64,000 nucleotides of DNA from Patescibacteria group bacterium (GCA_041671225.1 JBAZBY010000001.1:558940-622939); one strand, 5' to 3'. Positions 47,329-57,271 are shown, counted from the first letter of the stretch. The notes: generated by a model from the letters alone, not told the origin. Made by a program: numbers and translations.

Positions 47329-48402
47329 ATGCCAGATATCAATCTCACGCCTGAAGGGAGCAGTAGCGAGAAGCGCAAGAACGCAAAGCGCAAGAATTTT
47401 GAATACACTGATCCTGAGAAGGAAAAACAGCGCAAGGATGAACGCAAAGCGCCGGGAGGCCTTCGCGTCTGGATGAAGTCATTGCTACGACGCACTCCTC
47501 CTGGTAAACGCAGTGACGATGCAATGCCGGAGTCATTGACACCGCCTGAATTCAACACAACCAAACACGACGAAAACGTTGAGGACATTTTTGGCACTGT
47601 GGACGTGCCTGCAAAAGAGCGCGCAAAAGCCAAGGAGCAGAAGCAGGAAGTGCCGAATACGCCAAAGGCGCCAAAGCTCAAAAAACTTCCAGAAAAGAAG
47701 GAAGAAAAGAAAAAGGAGGAGAGAAGGATCGATGGCATGAACCTTTTGCCGGAAGAGTTTTCAACGAAGATTGATTTTCGCGGTCGTGGTATTTTGCTCA
47801 GCCTTGTTCTGGGTGCAACAGTCGTCTTTATTGCTCTGGCGTATGGGGGTCTTATTATTTATGAGAATGTGATTGCAAATCGCACCCGCGAAGCAACAGA
47901 TACTCGCATTGCCATTCAGCGCGATATTGAAGCGCTTGAATCCGAGCAGCTTGCAAGTATTGCTTTTCGGGAGAAGCTCGATCTCGCTGAAGCACTGCTG
48001 AATCAGCACGTGTATTGGACGAAGTTTTTTGCGTTATTAGAAAAGTACACCATTGATGATGTGTATTTCAGCGGATCCCTCCTCCTTTCAGAACCAGGAA
48101 CCTTCACGCTGTCCGGAATAGGTCGTGACTATACATCTGTTGTTCGCCAGCTTCTCGCCTTCCGACAGGCGATTCAGAGTCAGGAGTTTATTAGCTCTGT
48201 CAAAATTAACGGTGCTCAGCAAACTCAAGACAGCAGTGGAGCTATCGCGACAACATTCACCGCGGAGCTTACATTGTTACCCAATGTCAATACATATACT
48301 GCCGAGGAATATCTGACAAAGCCATCCGTCATCTCCATACCGCAATCATCCAATACAAATAGCAATACTGTTGATTCTGATAATCGACCTGCAACGCTAT
48401 GA
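47329..48402 (+). CDS. pilN: PilN-like pilus assembly protein with about 135-aa Lys/Glu-rich N-terminal extension
   Basis: Internal canonical 'MNLLPEEF' (47737) followed by TM 'ILLSLVLGATVVFIALAYG' and coiled region; INLLP-like 'DINLTPE' also at the extreme N terminus. Confidence 0.7.
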   Translation: MPDINLTPEGSSSEKRKNAKRKNFEYTDPEKEKQRKDERKAPGGLRVWMKSLLRRTPPGKRSDDAMPESLTPPEFNTTKHDENVEDIFGTVDVPAKERAKAKEQKQEVPNTPKAPKLKKLPEKKEEKKKEERRIDGMNLLPEEFSTKIDFRGRGILLSLVLGATVVFIALAYGGLIIYENVIANRTREATDTRIAIQRDIEALESEQLASIAFREKLDLAEALLNQHVYWTKFFALLEKYTIDDVYFSGSLLLSEPGTFTLSGIGRDYTSVVRQLLAFRQAIQSQEFISSVKINGAQQTQDSSGAIATTFTAELTLLPNVNTYTAEEYLTKPSVISIPQSSNTNSNTVDSDNRPATL

Positions 48403-49100
48403 AGCTTTCCCTTCGTCTTAATGCAGTGACTTCATTTTTGAACAAGCAATTTCGCTGGGCTATGCTTGGGATTGTTGCGGTCCTGCTCATTTTTGGCTTT
48501 ATGGTGCTTATCATTCCAAAGTGGCAGGAGCTGAGTAAACTCGGTCTTATTACATTAGAGCGCGAACGAGAACAAACAGTGCAAGCGGAAGAGTATCTTG
48601 GAAACTTACGTCGCTCTCTTGATGAATTTCGGCTGATCAGTGATACAAAGATTGCGCAGCTGGAGCAAGTGCTTCCTACTGAATTTGATGTTGCGCCGCT
48701 GTTTCTTGAAATGGAATCGCTTTTTAATGCCGCTGGATACGCGTTGAACAGTATCGATATTCTTGATCAAGGCGCGCAGAAGGCTTCGACTGCCGCTGTA
48801 CAGCAGTCGAACACAGGACAAAGCGCTGTTGTACGAGAACTCATCACAAGGGCACAGAAGAATGCCGAGGTGGTATCTCGCAATGAGAAGCTTCGCGTTA
48901 TTCAAATATCACTTTCATTGACTGGCGCGCAGGATTACAAGGGTATCAAGAAATTACTCACAACAATTGAGCAGCATCAACGTCTTATGGATATTCGTTC
49001 GGTGGGGATATCCGTTGGCGGGAAGGATATCACTGAGGAAACCGCAACTGCGGAGGGACAAATTTCCTTCACAGTCAATATTTATTACTTCGCAGAATAG
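48399..49100 (+). CDS. pilO: PilO-like pilus assembly protein
   Basis: Start overlaps pilN stop; TM 'WAMLGIVAVLLIFGFMVLII', coiled coil and C-terminal domain. Confidence 0.65.
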   Translation: MKLSLRLNAVTSFLNKQFRWAMLGIVAVLLIFGFMVLIIPKWQELSKLGLITLEREREQTVQAEEYLGNLRRSLDEFRLISDTKIAQLEQVLPTEFDVAPLFLEMESLFNAAGYALNSIDILDQGAQKASTAAVQQSNTGQSAVVRELITRAQKNAEVVSRNEKLRVIQISLSLTGAQDYKGIKKLLTTIEQHQRLMDIRSVGISVGGKDITEETATAEGQISFTVNIYYFAE

Positions 49101-49106
49101 CGACTT

Positions 49107-49397
49107 ATGGCACTTGCGCAACGTAGCAATACACGACGAACGATCATCCTGGCCGCCGCCCTGGGCGTGGTGCTGATCGCCGGGGGAGTGTATCTGTACA
49201 TCCAAAATAAACCGGATGAAACCATCATTGATCCATCAGCGATACTTGTGAACGCGAGCCAGAACCTTCCCATTATCTCAACCTTCTCGGATACGATCTT
49301 TGATGATCCGCGCTTTCAGGATCTGGTTTTTCGCGCGCCGCAGGAGATCACCATTGGCAATCTTGGTAAGGATAATCCTTTTCAGCCTACGTTTTAA
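49107..49397 (+). CDS. Small membrane-anchored pilus assembly protein (PilP-like position)
   Basis: 96 aa, TM 'IILAAALGVVLIAGGVYLYI', located between pilO and pilB. Confidence 0.4.
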   Translation: MALAQRSNTRRTIILAAALGVVLIAGGVYLYIQNKPDETIIDPSAILVNASQNLPIISTFSDTIFDDPRFQDLVFRAPQEITIGNLGKDNPFQPTF

Positions 49398-49400
49398 TCC

Positions 49401-51161
49401 ATGCCAGCGCCTCAAGCTATCACAAGCGTTTCAACGAGCATCGGTGATATTTTAATCAGTCAGGGATTAATCACCAAAGAGCAGCTCGCAGAAGCAGAGC
49501 AAAAAGCACAGCAGGACGGCAGTTCTGTTGAGCAACATTTAGCTGAGCTCCCTGGTATGCGCGAGGATGAAGTTGTAAGGGCAAAGGGGCAGCTGTACAA
49601 CGTACCCTATGCTGATCTTTTTGGGCGTATTGTTCGCGCAGAAATACTCAATTTGATTCCGCAGAACATCGCCAATACGTACCACATGGTGACTTTTGCC
49701 CGTGAAGCGAATGAAGTGTCACTCGCCATGCTCAATCCTTCTGATTTTAAGGCTCTTGAGGCGATCGAATTTATCGCACGGAAGAATCGGTTGACCGTGA
49801 AGTACCACATCACGACAAAGGCGTCGTTGGGGTATATTCTTCGTCAGTATGAGTCGCTTTCTGCTGAGGTAGAAGAAGCATTGAAGGGCGCAGAGGAGGA
49901 AGCAACAGAACGTCAGGAGGCGCTCGTTGCGTCCGATGACAAGAGTTTTGAAGAAGTGGTGCGTCAGGCGCCGGTATCAAAGATGGTTTCTGTTATCATG
50001 CGGCACGCGGTGGAAGGCGGCGCATCAGACGTTCATATTGAGCCGCTCGAAGAAGAAACGCGGGTACGTTTTCGCGTTGATGGCATGTTGCATACTTCCA
50101 TTGTTCTCCCGCCGAATGTGCACAACTCACTCGTTGCTCGCATCAAGGTGCTTTCCAGGCTCAAGATCGATGAAACGCGCGTTCCGCAGGATGGACGTTT
50201 TCGCATGAATATTGATGGTAAGGATATCGACTATCGCGTGTCCACCTTACCGCTCATGAACAATGAAAAAGTCGTGATGCGTATTTTGGACACGTCAAAC
50301 CGCATGACAATGCTTTCTGATCTCGGTTTTGAAGGGAAGAATCTTGAGAAGATGGAGGCCAACTCACTGAAGTCACACGGCATGTTCCTGATCACCGGCC
50401 CGACTGGTTCCGGTAAGTCCACAACGCTGTATGCGCTCATGTCGCGGTTGAATAAAGACGAAGTAAACATCATTACGCTGGAAGATCCGGTGGAATATTA
50501 CATGCATGGCATTAACCAGTCACAGGTGAATCCGGAAGTCGGTCTTACCTTTGCTGCGGGTTTGCGCTCCATTTTGCGTCAGGACCCGGACATCATCATG
50601 GTTGGGGAAATCCGCGATAATGAAACCGCTGAACTGGCAGTTCATGCTGCGCTCACCGGTCACATCATGCTTTCTACTCTGCACACCAATGATGCTTTTG
50701 GAGCCGTGCCACGTCTCATTGATATGGATATTGAACCATTCCTTATCACCTCCTCACTCAATCTTGTGATGGCCCAGCGACTCGTGCGGCGTGTCTGCCA
50801 GCATTGCACGGAGGAGCGCACTATTGCGGAAGGGCTTGAGAAGGCAGTGCGAGATGAGCTGAAGAATGTTGACCCGAAGGAAATTCCCAGATCACTTGCC
50901 GGTGAACTCAAGTTCATGTATGGACGTGGTTGTCCGCGCTGCGAGAACACGGGCTACAAAGGACGCGTCGCAATTGCTGAAGTACTCGAAATGAGTGACG
51001 AGTTGAAGCGTATTATCGTTGACGCAAAGCAGGATCTCATTGGTTTGATTCAAGCAGAATTCAAGCGCCAAAAAATGCTTACCATTAAGCAAGATGGCAT
51101 GGTGAAGGTACTGCACGGCTCAACAACCATTGAAGAGGTGCTGAACGCAACACGATCTTAA
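49401..51161 (+). CDS. pilB: Type IV pilus assembly ATPase PilB (GspE family)
   Basis: N-terminal GSPII 'ILISQGLITKEQLAEAEQ'; Walker A 'GPTGSGKSTTLYA'; Walker B-type 'IIMVGEIRDNETAE'; His box 'GHIMLSTLHTNDA'; tetra-Cys 'CQHC...CPRC'. Confidence 0.9.
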   Translation: MPAPQAITSVSTSIGDILISQGLITKEQLAEAEQKAQQDGSSVEQHLAELPGMREDEVVRAKGQLYNVPYADLFGRIVRAEILNLIPQNIANTYHMVTFAREANEVSLAMLNPSDFKALEAIEFIARKNRLTVKYHITTKASLGYILRQYESLSAEVEEALKGAEEEATERQEALVASDDKSFEEVVRQAPVSKMVSVIMRHAVEGGASDVHIEPLEEETRVRFRVDGMLHTSIVLPPNVHNSLVARIKVLSRLKIDETRVPQDGRFRMNIDGKDIDYRVSTLPLMNNEKVVMRILDTSNRMTMLSDLGFEGKNLEKMEANSLKSHGMFLITGPTGSGKSTTLYALMSRLNKDEVNIITLEDPVEYYMHGINQSQVNPEVGLTFAAGLRSILRQDPDIIMVGEIRDNETAELAVHAALTGHIMLSTLHTNDAFGAVPRLIDMDIEPFLITSSLNLVMAQRLVRRVCQHCTEERTIAEGLEKAVRDELKNVDPKEIPRSLAGELKFMYGRGCPRCENTGYKGRVAIAEVLEMSDELKRIIVDAKQDLIGLIQAEFKRQKMLTIKQDGMVKVLHGSTTIEEVLNATRS

Positions 51162-51172
51162 CTATTATTCGT

Positions 51173-51586
51173 ATGTCAAAAAATACATCCAACAAAGGAC
51201 AAAGAAAAGCAAGTCGTATTTTACTTGTGGAGGATGATTCGTTCCTTGCTGGCATGTATGTGACAAAGCTCACACTGGAAGGTCTTTCCGTTGAGCTTGC
51301 GACAGATGGCGCAAAGGGACTCAAGATGGCGCAGGAGATGAAACCGGACATCATTCTTTTGGACATCATTCTTCCAAAAATGAGCGGTTTTGATGTTCTC
51401 AAAAAGCTGCGAGAAAACAAGGAAACAAAGGACGTGCCTATTCTGCTTTTGACGAATCTTGGGCAGAAAGAGGACGTTGAGAAGGGTCTGAAGCTTGGCG
51501 CAACAGATTATCTTATCAAGGCGCATTTTCTCCCTGATGAGGTGGTCACAAAAATTATCGCTACACTCAAAGGCAAGAAATCATGA
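51173..51586 (+). CDS. Single-domain response regulator (PilH/CheY-like) embedded in the pilus operon
   Basis: 'ILLVEDDSF', 'DIILLDIILPKMSG', 'DYLIKA'. Confidence 0.8.
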   Translation: MSKNTSNKGQRKASRILLVEDDSFLAGMYVTKLTLEGLSVELATDGAKGLKMAQEMKPDIILLDIILPKMSGFDVLKKLRENKETKDVPILLLTNLGQKEDVEKGLKLGATDYLIKAHFLPDEVVTKIIATLKGKKS

Positions 51587-52653
51587 GCACCGATTCAGGC
51601 ATCACCATTGAACGTATTGTTGGCGCTGCCGCAGAATACGGCGCGTCGGATGTCCACTTGACCGTTGGCAACCCGCCGATTCTCCGCGTGGATGGAAAAC
51701 TTGTTTCACTGGATCAGGAAGAAATTGTTACGCCAGATTTTACCGAAGAGGTAAAGAAGGCCGTTCTCACAGAGGAGCAGCAGCAGCGCCTCATGGAGCA
51801 GCGCGACATCACCATTGCATATACCATGCCAAACAATACGCGCTTCAAGGTAGATGCGTATTTTCAACGCGGCGCGCTTTCCATCAGTTTTCGTTCTATT
51901 GGCAAGAAGATTCGGACTATTGATGAACTCGGCCTTCCATCACAGCTCAAGGCATTCGCAAAACTGGAGAAGGGATTGGTTCTTATCACGGGCCCGTTTG
52001 GGTCCGGGCGAACAGCAACAATGGCGGCATTGGTTCAGGAGATCAACAAAACGCGCGCAGAACACATTGTCACCATTGAGAAGCCGATCGAGTATTTATA
52101 CATGAATACAAAGAGCATCATTGAGCAGCGTGAGATCGGCGTGGACGCTGTTTCTGTTGAGCAGGCAATCCACACGGCCGCACGCGAGGATGTGGATGTG
52201 ATCGTTGTTTCAGAGATGGAAACGCGTGAAGAAATTGATGCAGCGCTCACGGCGGCAGAATCAAGCCATCTCGTGCTTTCAACAATGAATACCGATTCTG
52301 TATTGCGCACGATTGAAAAAATTATCAATGCCTTTCCGCAGGACGAGCATGAAAAGGTGCGTACAGAACTCGCCGGAACCCTGCAGGGGATCCTCAGCCA
52401 ACGATTACTCTCAAAAGTGGGTGGCGGTCGCGTTGCCGCGGTGGAGGTTATGATTCCAACAGATTCACTCCGTGCGGTTATTCGCGATGGCGCTTTGGTG
52501 CAGCTCCCCAATCTCTTGCAAACATCGCGTGAAGCAGGGAGCATTCCCATGGATGTTGCGCTTGGTGAGCTCGTACGCGCGGGCACTGTTTTGCAGGAGG
52601 ATGCCATGATGCACACAAGTAACAAGAGCAGTTTGCGCGCAATGCAGCTCTAA
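51583..52653 (+). CDS. pilT: PilT-like retraction ATPase homolog with a non-canonical Walker A and His box
   Basis: 'GLVLITGPFGSGRTATMAAL' (Arg in the Walker A Lys position), 'DVDVIVVSEMETRE', 'AAESSHLVLSTMNTDS' (Asn where the second His-box His is expected). Confidence 0.8.
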   Translation: MSTDSGITIERIVGAAAEYGASDVHLTVGNPPILRVDGKLVSLDQEEIVTPDFTEEVKKAVLTEEQQQRLMEQRDITIAYTMPNNTRFKVDAYFQRGALSISFRSIGKKIRTIDELGLPSQLKAFAKLEKGLVLITGPFGSGRTATMAALVQEINKTRAEHIVTIEKPIEYLYMNTKSIIEQREIGVDAVSVEQAIHTAAREDVDVIVVSEMETREEIDAALTAAESSHLVLSTMNTDSVLRTIEKIINAFPQDEHEKVRTELAGTLQGILSQRLLSKVGGGRVAAVEVMIPTDSLRAVIRDGALVQLPNLLQTSREAGSIPMDVALGELVRAGTVLQEDAMMHTSNKSSLRAMQL

Positions 52654-52667
52654 CGATCATCGTTTTT

Positions 52668-53876
52668 ATGGCCGTTTTTGATTACAAGGCAAAAGACCTT
52701 TCCGGTGCATCAATCACCGGCGTGGTTGAAGCGCCTTCTGAGGCAGTGGCGCAGGACGTGCTCAAGGAGCGTGACCTTGTGGTGCTTTCGCTTTCTGAGC
52801 GCAGAAAGATGCGCTTGTTTCAGTCATCGCTCGGTTTTCTGAATAAGGTGCCTCGTCGCGACATTGCGCTCTTTGCGCGGCAGCTGGCTGTGATGATTTC
52901 TGCAACGGTGCCGATTGTGCAAGCATTGCGCATTTTGACAAAGCAGACAGAGAATGTGAACTTCAAGATTATCATTTCAGAGATCGCTGATGAAGTGGAT
53001 GGCGGCGCAAAGCTTTCTGCGACACTCGCGCGATACCCAAACCTGTTTACGGACTTTTTTATCCACATGGTTCGTGCCGGCGAGACAACCGGCAAGCTCG
53101 ATGAAACGCTGAACTATCTCGCGGATCAGGAAGAAAAAGACTACGACCTGAACTCAAAGATCAAGGGCGCAATGACATACCCGATCTTTATTCTGATCAC
53201 GTTGGTTATCGTGGGCATCTTGATGATGATTTTTGTGATTCCTCGGCTCTCCAGCATTCTGGAAGAAAGCGGACAAGAACTCCCGCCGCTTACCAAGCTT
53301 TTGATCGGTACAAGCACTTTTTTGCAGAATTTCTGGTGGGTGCTGGTTATTCTGGCGGTTGGCGGCTGGCTTGGGTATCGCTTTGCCATGCAGCGCCCAG
53401 AGGGGAAGCGCGTGTTGGATCGCGTGAAGATGCATGCCCCTGTTTTTGGAGCCATTTTTCAGCATATGTATCTCGTGCGGTTCGCGCGGTCGCTCTCTAC
53501 TCTTGTATCGTCTGGCATTCCTATTACGCAGTCACTTTCTATTGTTGCGGACGTTGTGGGGAATAGCGTGTATCGCGATCTCACAATGGAAACGATCAAG
53601 GAGATCGAGGGAGGAAACTCCATTTCAACTGTTTTTTCGCGAAGTAAGGACATTCCTATCATGCTTTCTCAGATGCTTGCCGTTGGTGAGCAAACCGGGA
53701 AGCTGGACATGATCTTGGACAGACTTGCCGCGTTCTACGCGCGTGAACTGGAGAATCTTGTTGCGAATCTTGTGAGTCTCATTGAGCCGCTCATTCTTCT
53801 TGTGATGGGAGCGGCGGTTTCTATTCTCGTTGTTGCGATCATGATGCCGCTGTATAGCCTTTCATCTGCAATTTAG
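52668..53876 (+). CDS. pilC: Type IV pilus platform protein PilC (GspF family)
   Basis: Two GspF repeats, 3 TM, 402 aa. Confidence 0.9.
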   Translation: MAVFDYKAKDLSGASITGVVEAPSEAVAQDVLKERDLVVLSLSERRKMRLFQSSLGFLNKVPRRDIALFARQLAVMISATVPIVQALRILTKQTENVNFKIIISEIADEVDGGAKLSATLARYPNLFTDFFIHMVRAGETTGKLDETLNYLADQEEKDYDLNSKIKGAMTYPIFILITLVIVGILMMIFVIPRLSSILEESGQELPPLTKLLIGTSTFLQNFWWVLVILAVGGWLGYRFAMQRPEGKRVLDRVKMHAPVFGAIFQHMYLVRFARSLSTLVSSGIPITQSLSIVADVVGNSVYRDLTMETIKEIEGGNSISTVFSRSKDIPIMLSQMLAVGEQTGKLDMILDRLAAFYARELENLVANLVSLIEPLILLVMGAAVSILVVAIMMPLYSLSSAI

Positions 53877-54050
53877 GTATCACAAAATGTTGGAATATGG
53901 TATAATGTTATTGGAAAGGGAAAGTTGTGGAAAGTTATCCACAGCTTTCGTTTGCCAAAAATATTAAATATTAAGTTACTGACGCAATTTTGAAGGCCGC
54001 GCGCGAGCCTTTACATTTCGGCGGTAACGCCAAAGAAAGGGGGTGACGAC

Positions 54051-54665
54051 ATGACCAATCAAAAGAAAGGATTTACGCTCATTGAATTGCTCGTCGTAAT
54101 CGCAATCATCGGTATTCTTTCAGCAATCGGTCTCGTCTCGCTCAATGGAGCGCGAGAAAAGGCACGCGACGCACAGCGTAAGAGCGACCTTGGTCAGATG
54201 AATACGGCACTCGTGTTGTATTTTGATGACAACAACAGCACGTATCCGATTCAAGATAACTTGGATGGAGAAATGGACACCCATGCTGATTGTATTACCG
54301 GAGATTCAACCCCGGTTATCGTACGCCCAGAAGCAGATAATACGACTTACACCGTAGGCGGTGCTGTGAATGCCACAGCCACAGCGACGGTTGTGAGCAT
54401 CTGGGATACCGCAGCAAATGGTTCTCCGATGATAACGGATTATCTCAGCCGACAGTTGGTTCCGCCAGGCGGTGGTACAGGTTGGAACAACGTGTACTGT
54501 TATGACACTAATAGCAGCACCGGTTTAGTTGCTGGGAATTCGTATGTTCTCTACGCCGGCCTTGAAGCAGGAGCAGGAGACACATTCTTCTCACTCAATG
54601 CTAATGGGGACTCTGATACAACCATCCCCCCAGCATGCGCCGCGGGAGCCGATTGTGACGTTTAG
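54051..54665 (+). CDS. pilA: Type IV pilin (major-pilin candidate 1)
   Basis: Prepilin '[31 protein letters not shown]', Glu at +5; C-terminal Cys pair; strong RBS 'aagggggtgacgac ATG'. Confidence 0.85.
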   Translation: MTNQKKGFTLIELLVVIAIIGILSAIGLVSLNGAREKARDAQRKSDLGQMNTALVLYFDDNNSTYPIQDNLDGEMDTHADCITGDSTPVIVRPEADNTTYTVGGAVNATATATVVSIWDTAANGSPMITDYLSRQLVPPGGGTGWNNVYCYDTNSSTGLVAGNSYVLYAGLEAGAGDTFFSLNANGDSDTTIPPACAAGADCDV

Positions 54666-54687
54666 CTGATCTGTAGTTTGATCTACA

Positions 54688-54722
54688 CCAAAGACCCACA
54701 CGCGTGTGGGTCTTTTGGTGTA
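54688..54722 (+). terminator. Rho-independent terminator hairpin after pilin 1
   Basis: 'caccaaagacccacacgcgtgtgggtcttttggtg' perfect 14-bp stem followed by T-rich tract. Confidence 0.6.
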
Positions 54723-54817
54723 GCATCTAGAATATATGGTTTTGTAGGAATCTCATGTGGTGTATACTATAGACATACTTAATTTCAAATATTTCTTGAA
54801 CGAAAGGGGGTGACGAC

Positions 54818-55402
54818 ATGACCAATCAAAAGAAAGGATTTACGCTCATTGAATTGCTCGTCGTAATCGCAATCATCGGTATTCTTTCAGCAATCGGTCT
54901 CGTCTCGCTCAATGGAGCGCGAGAAAAGGCACGCGACGCACAGCGTAAGAGCGACCTTGGTCAGATGAATACGGCGTTGGTCCTCTACTACGATGATCAT
55001 TCTAGCCAGTATCCTGCGCAGACAGCGACTGATGCTGTTACTGATGCAGACTGCATTGATTCTACTGGCGCGGTGACGTATCCGCAGGCAAAGGATGCAG
55101 TATCACCACTTGTGAACCAGACTGGCGGCGCACTGAATCTGTGGCTTAGTACTGGCGGAATAGTTCCAACATATTTGAGTCGTGAACTAGTCCCACCAAC
55201 AGGCGAAGACTGGAGCGACATCTACTGCTATGACACGAATGAGGCACATGCCACCAGCCCGTACAGTTCATATGTCATTTATGCTGGACTTGAAGCAGGC
55301 ACCGGACTCAACGCCTTTACGCTGAATAGCGCTGGTGATAGTGACGAAGATGCCACGTTGCCAGTTGCGTGCACAGCTCAGGACACGTGCCTTATTGATT
55401 AA
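54818..55402 (+). CDS. pilA: Type IV pilin (major-pilin candidate 2), tandem paralog with 5' half identical to pilin 1
   Basis: First 57 residues plus RBS identical to 54051 gene; C-terminal domain diverged but conserves 'YCYDTN' and 'YAGLEAG' blocks and the terminal Cys pair. Confidence 0.85.
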   Translation: MTNQKKGFTLIELLVVIAIIGILSAIGLVSLNGAREKARDAQRKSDLGQMNTALVLYYDDHSSQYPAQTATDAVTDADCIDSTGAVTYPQAKDAVSPLVNQTGGALNLWLSTGGIVPTYLSRELVPPTGEDWSDIYCYDTNEAHATSPYSSYVIYAGLEAGTGLNAFTLNSAGDSDEDATLPVACTAQDTCLID

Positions 55403-55491
55403 CGCATAGGCGCGCGATACGCAAGACCCTGCTTCACTAGCGGGGTCTTTGGGTTATGCGAATATATGGCGGTTTATGATATACTAGCAGT

Positions 55492-56085
55492 ATGTCCATA
55501 CTAGGATTCCTTGCAGTTATCACGCCGATTTTCTTTTCGCTGTATTGGCTTTTGCTTTTTTTCCGCATGGTACGTGTCGGAAGCAAAACACAGAGCGTGT
55601 ATCTTTTGAGCGGAGTTGTACTGTATGGACTTTCCATCATTGTGGTGTTTGCGGCACGGGCAGGTATTATTCAGGAAAACGCCTCTCGCGGCCAGCTGGG
55701 GACATATTTGCTCGAGACGTCATTTTATTCAGACAGCCTTGTGCGCCTTGTGCCGCAGTATCTTGCCGCAGTCATAGGTGCGGCGGTTCTTTGGTTGTTC
55801 CTTTTGGGGCTGCGCAAAATCTCCCGTCGCAACTTTTATGACTCACAAGAGGCCGGCATGATTGCCGTGGGCGCGCTGATGGCAGGTTGGCCGGGGGTCT
55901 TTGTGTTCCTTGCGCTCCTCTTTTTTCTTGTGTTGCTTGCGGGGGTTATGCATGTGCTGTTGAAGCAAAGCCAAACAAGCGACCGGTTTGTTATTGGACC
56001 CATGATACCCGTTGCTGCCATTGCGGTCATCTGGCTGGGCACGCTTTTGCTTCATGTTACAGGCCTTGATGTCATTCGTTTTTAA
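55492..56085 (+). CDS. Hypothetical polytopic membrane protein in the pilin cluster
   Basis: About 6 hydrophobic helices; no recognised motif. Confidence 0.45.
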   Translation: MSILGFLAVITPIFFSLYWLLLFFRMVRVGSKTQSVYLLSGVVLYGLSIIVVFAARAGIIQENASRGQLGTYLLETSFYSDSLVRLVPQYLAAVIGAAVLWLFLLGLRKISRRNFYDSQEAGMIAVGALMAGWPGVFVFLALLFFLVLLAGVMHVLLKQSQTSDRFVIGPMIPVAAIAVIWLGTLLLHVTGLDVIRF

Positions 56086-56095
56086 AACACATTTT

Positions 56096-56524
56096 ATGAA
56101 CCACACACACTATTCATCCGAGCGCGGCTTTACACTGACAGAGCTCATCATCAGCGTGGGTGTTTTGCTGGTGCTGGTTCTTTATGGTGCGCTCCTCTTC
56201 CGCGGCGAGCAGGCAAAGGCACGCGATGCCGAACGCATTGCAGACATGCGCACGGCACAGGCAGCGTTTGCCGTGCTTTACAACGAGACGAATAGTTATC
56301 AAGATGCGGCAGTCGGTTGCAACACCATTGCGGACCCGCTTTCTTCCTGTGCTCTGGCATCGTATCTCCCCGGACTCACCGCGCTGGAAGATCCAGGGCG
56401 CTTTACGTACCGTGTTATTGAGCTCCCGGATTCCACGGGGTACCGCATTGAATTTGTCCTGGAGCGCGGCTATGACGGCCTCCCAGCGGGTATTCATTAT
56501 CTCACGCCAATCGGATTGCAATAA
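56096..56524 (+). CDS. Type IV pilin-like protein (minor pilin)
   Basis: 'MNHTHYSSERG|FTLTELIISVGVLLVLVLYGALL'. Confidence 0.7.
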   Translation: MNHTHYSSERGFTLTELIISVGVLLVLVLYGALLFRGEQAKARDAERIADMRTAQAAFAVLYNETNSYQDAAVGCNTIADPLSSCALASYLPGLTALEDPGRFTYRVIELPDSTGYRIEFVLERGYDGLPAGIHYLTPIGLQ

Positions 56525-56527
56525 CCT

Positions 56528-57271
56528 GTGTTTATCGCACTCATTTTTCTTTTTGGCCTCTTTTTCGGCAGCTTTCTCAACGTTGTCATTAATCGCCTGC
56601 ACACAGGCGAGCAGTTTTTGAAGGGACGTTCCCATTGCCCGCATTGCCGGCATGACCTCTCTTCCGCGGATCTCATACCCGTCATAAGCTATCTCACCTT
56701 GCGTGGCCAGTGTCGGTATTGTCATAAGCACATCTCGCCGCAGTATCCGCTCGTGGAGTTTGCAACGGGGATTGCGCTTGCCATTGCTGCCGCAGCGCTT
56801 GGATGGGGAGTTCCTTTTCTTTTTGCAGCACTTGCCACACTTTTCCTCGTTGTCCTTTTTGTTTTTGATCTGAAGCATCATTTGATCCTTGATGTGGTGA
56901 GCTATCCCTTTGCGGTACTTGCGCTCATTGCGGGTTTTCTTTTTGGCCACACGTATCTGGACATTCTGATCGGCGGCGTGATCGGCGGAGGATTCTTTCT
57001 TGCGCAGATTCTTTTTTCGCGCGGGCGTTGGGTCGGCGGCGGCGATGCAAAGCTCGGCATTGGCATGGGTTTTTTGCTTGGTTGGGATGGCGTGCTCCTT
57101 GCGCTTTTTTTGGCTTATATCTCCGGCGCGATCATCGGAAGCATTCTTCTTCTTTCCCGCAAAGCTACGCCACGTTCTGCAATTCCCTTTGGTACGTTTT
57201 TGACACTTGCAACATATATTGCGATGCTCTGGGCAGATCCCATTCTTCTTTTTTATGACCACCTTGTTTAG
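56528..57271 (+). CDS. pilD: Prepilin peptidase (A24 family), GTG start
   Basis: N-terminal TM, tetra-Cys 'CPHCRH...CRYC', catalytic-Asp context 'VGGGDAKLG'. Confidence 0.85.
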   Translation: MFIALIFLFGLFFGSFLNVVINRLHTGEQFLKGRSHCPHCRHDLSSADLIPVISYLTLRGQCRYCHKHISPQYPLVEFATGIALAIAAAALGWGVPFLFAALATLFLVVLFVFDLKHHLILDVVSYPFAVLALIAGFLFGHTYLDILIGGVIGGGFFLAQILFSRGRWVGGGDAKLGIGMGFLLGWDGVLLALFLAYISGAIIGSILLLSRKATPRSAIPFGTFLTLATYIAMLWADPILLFYDHLV

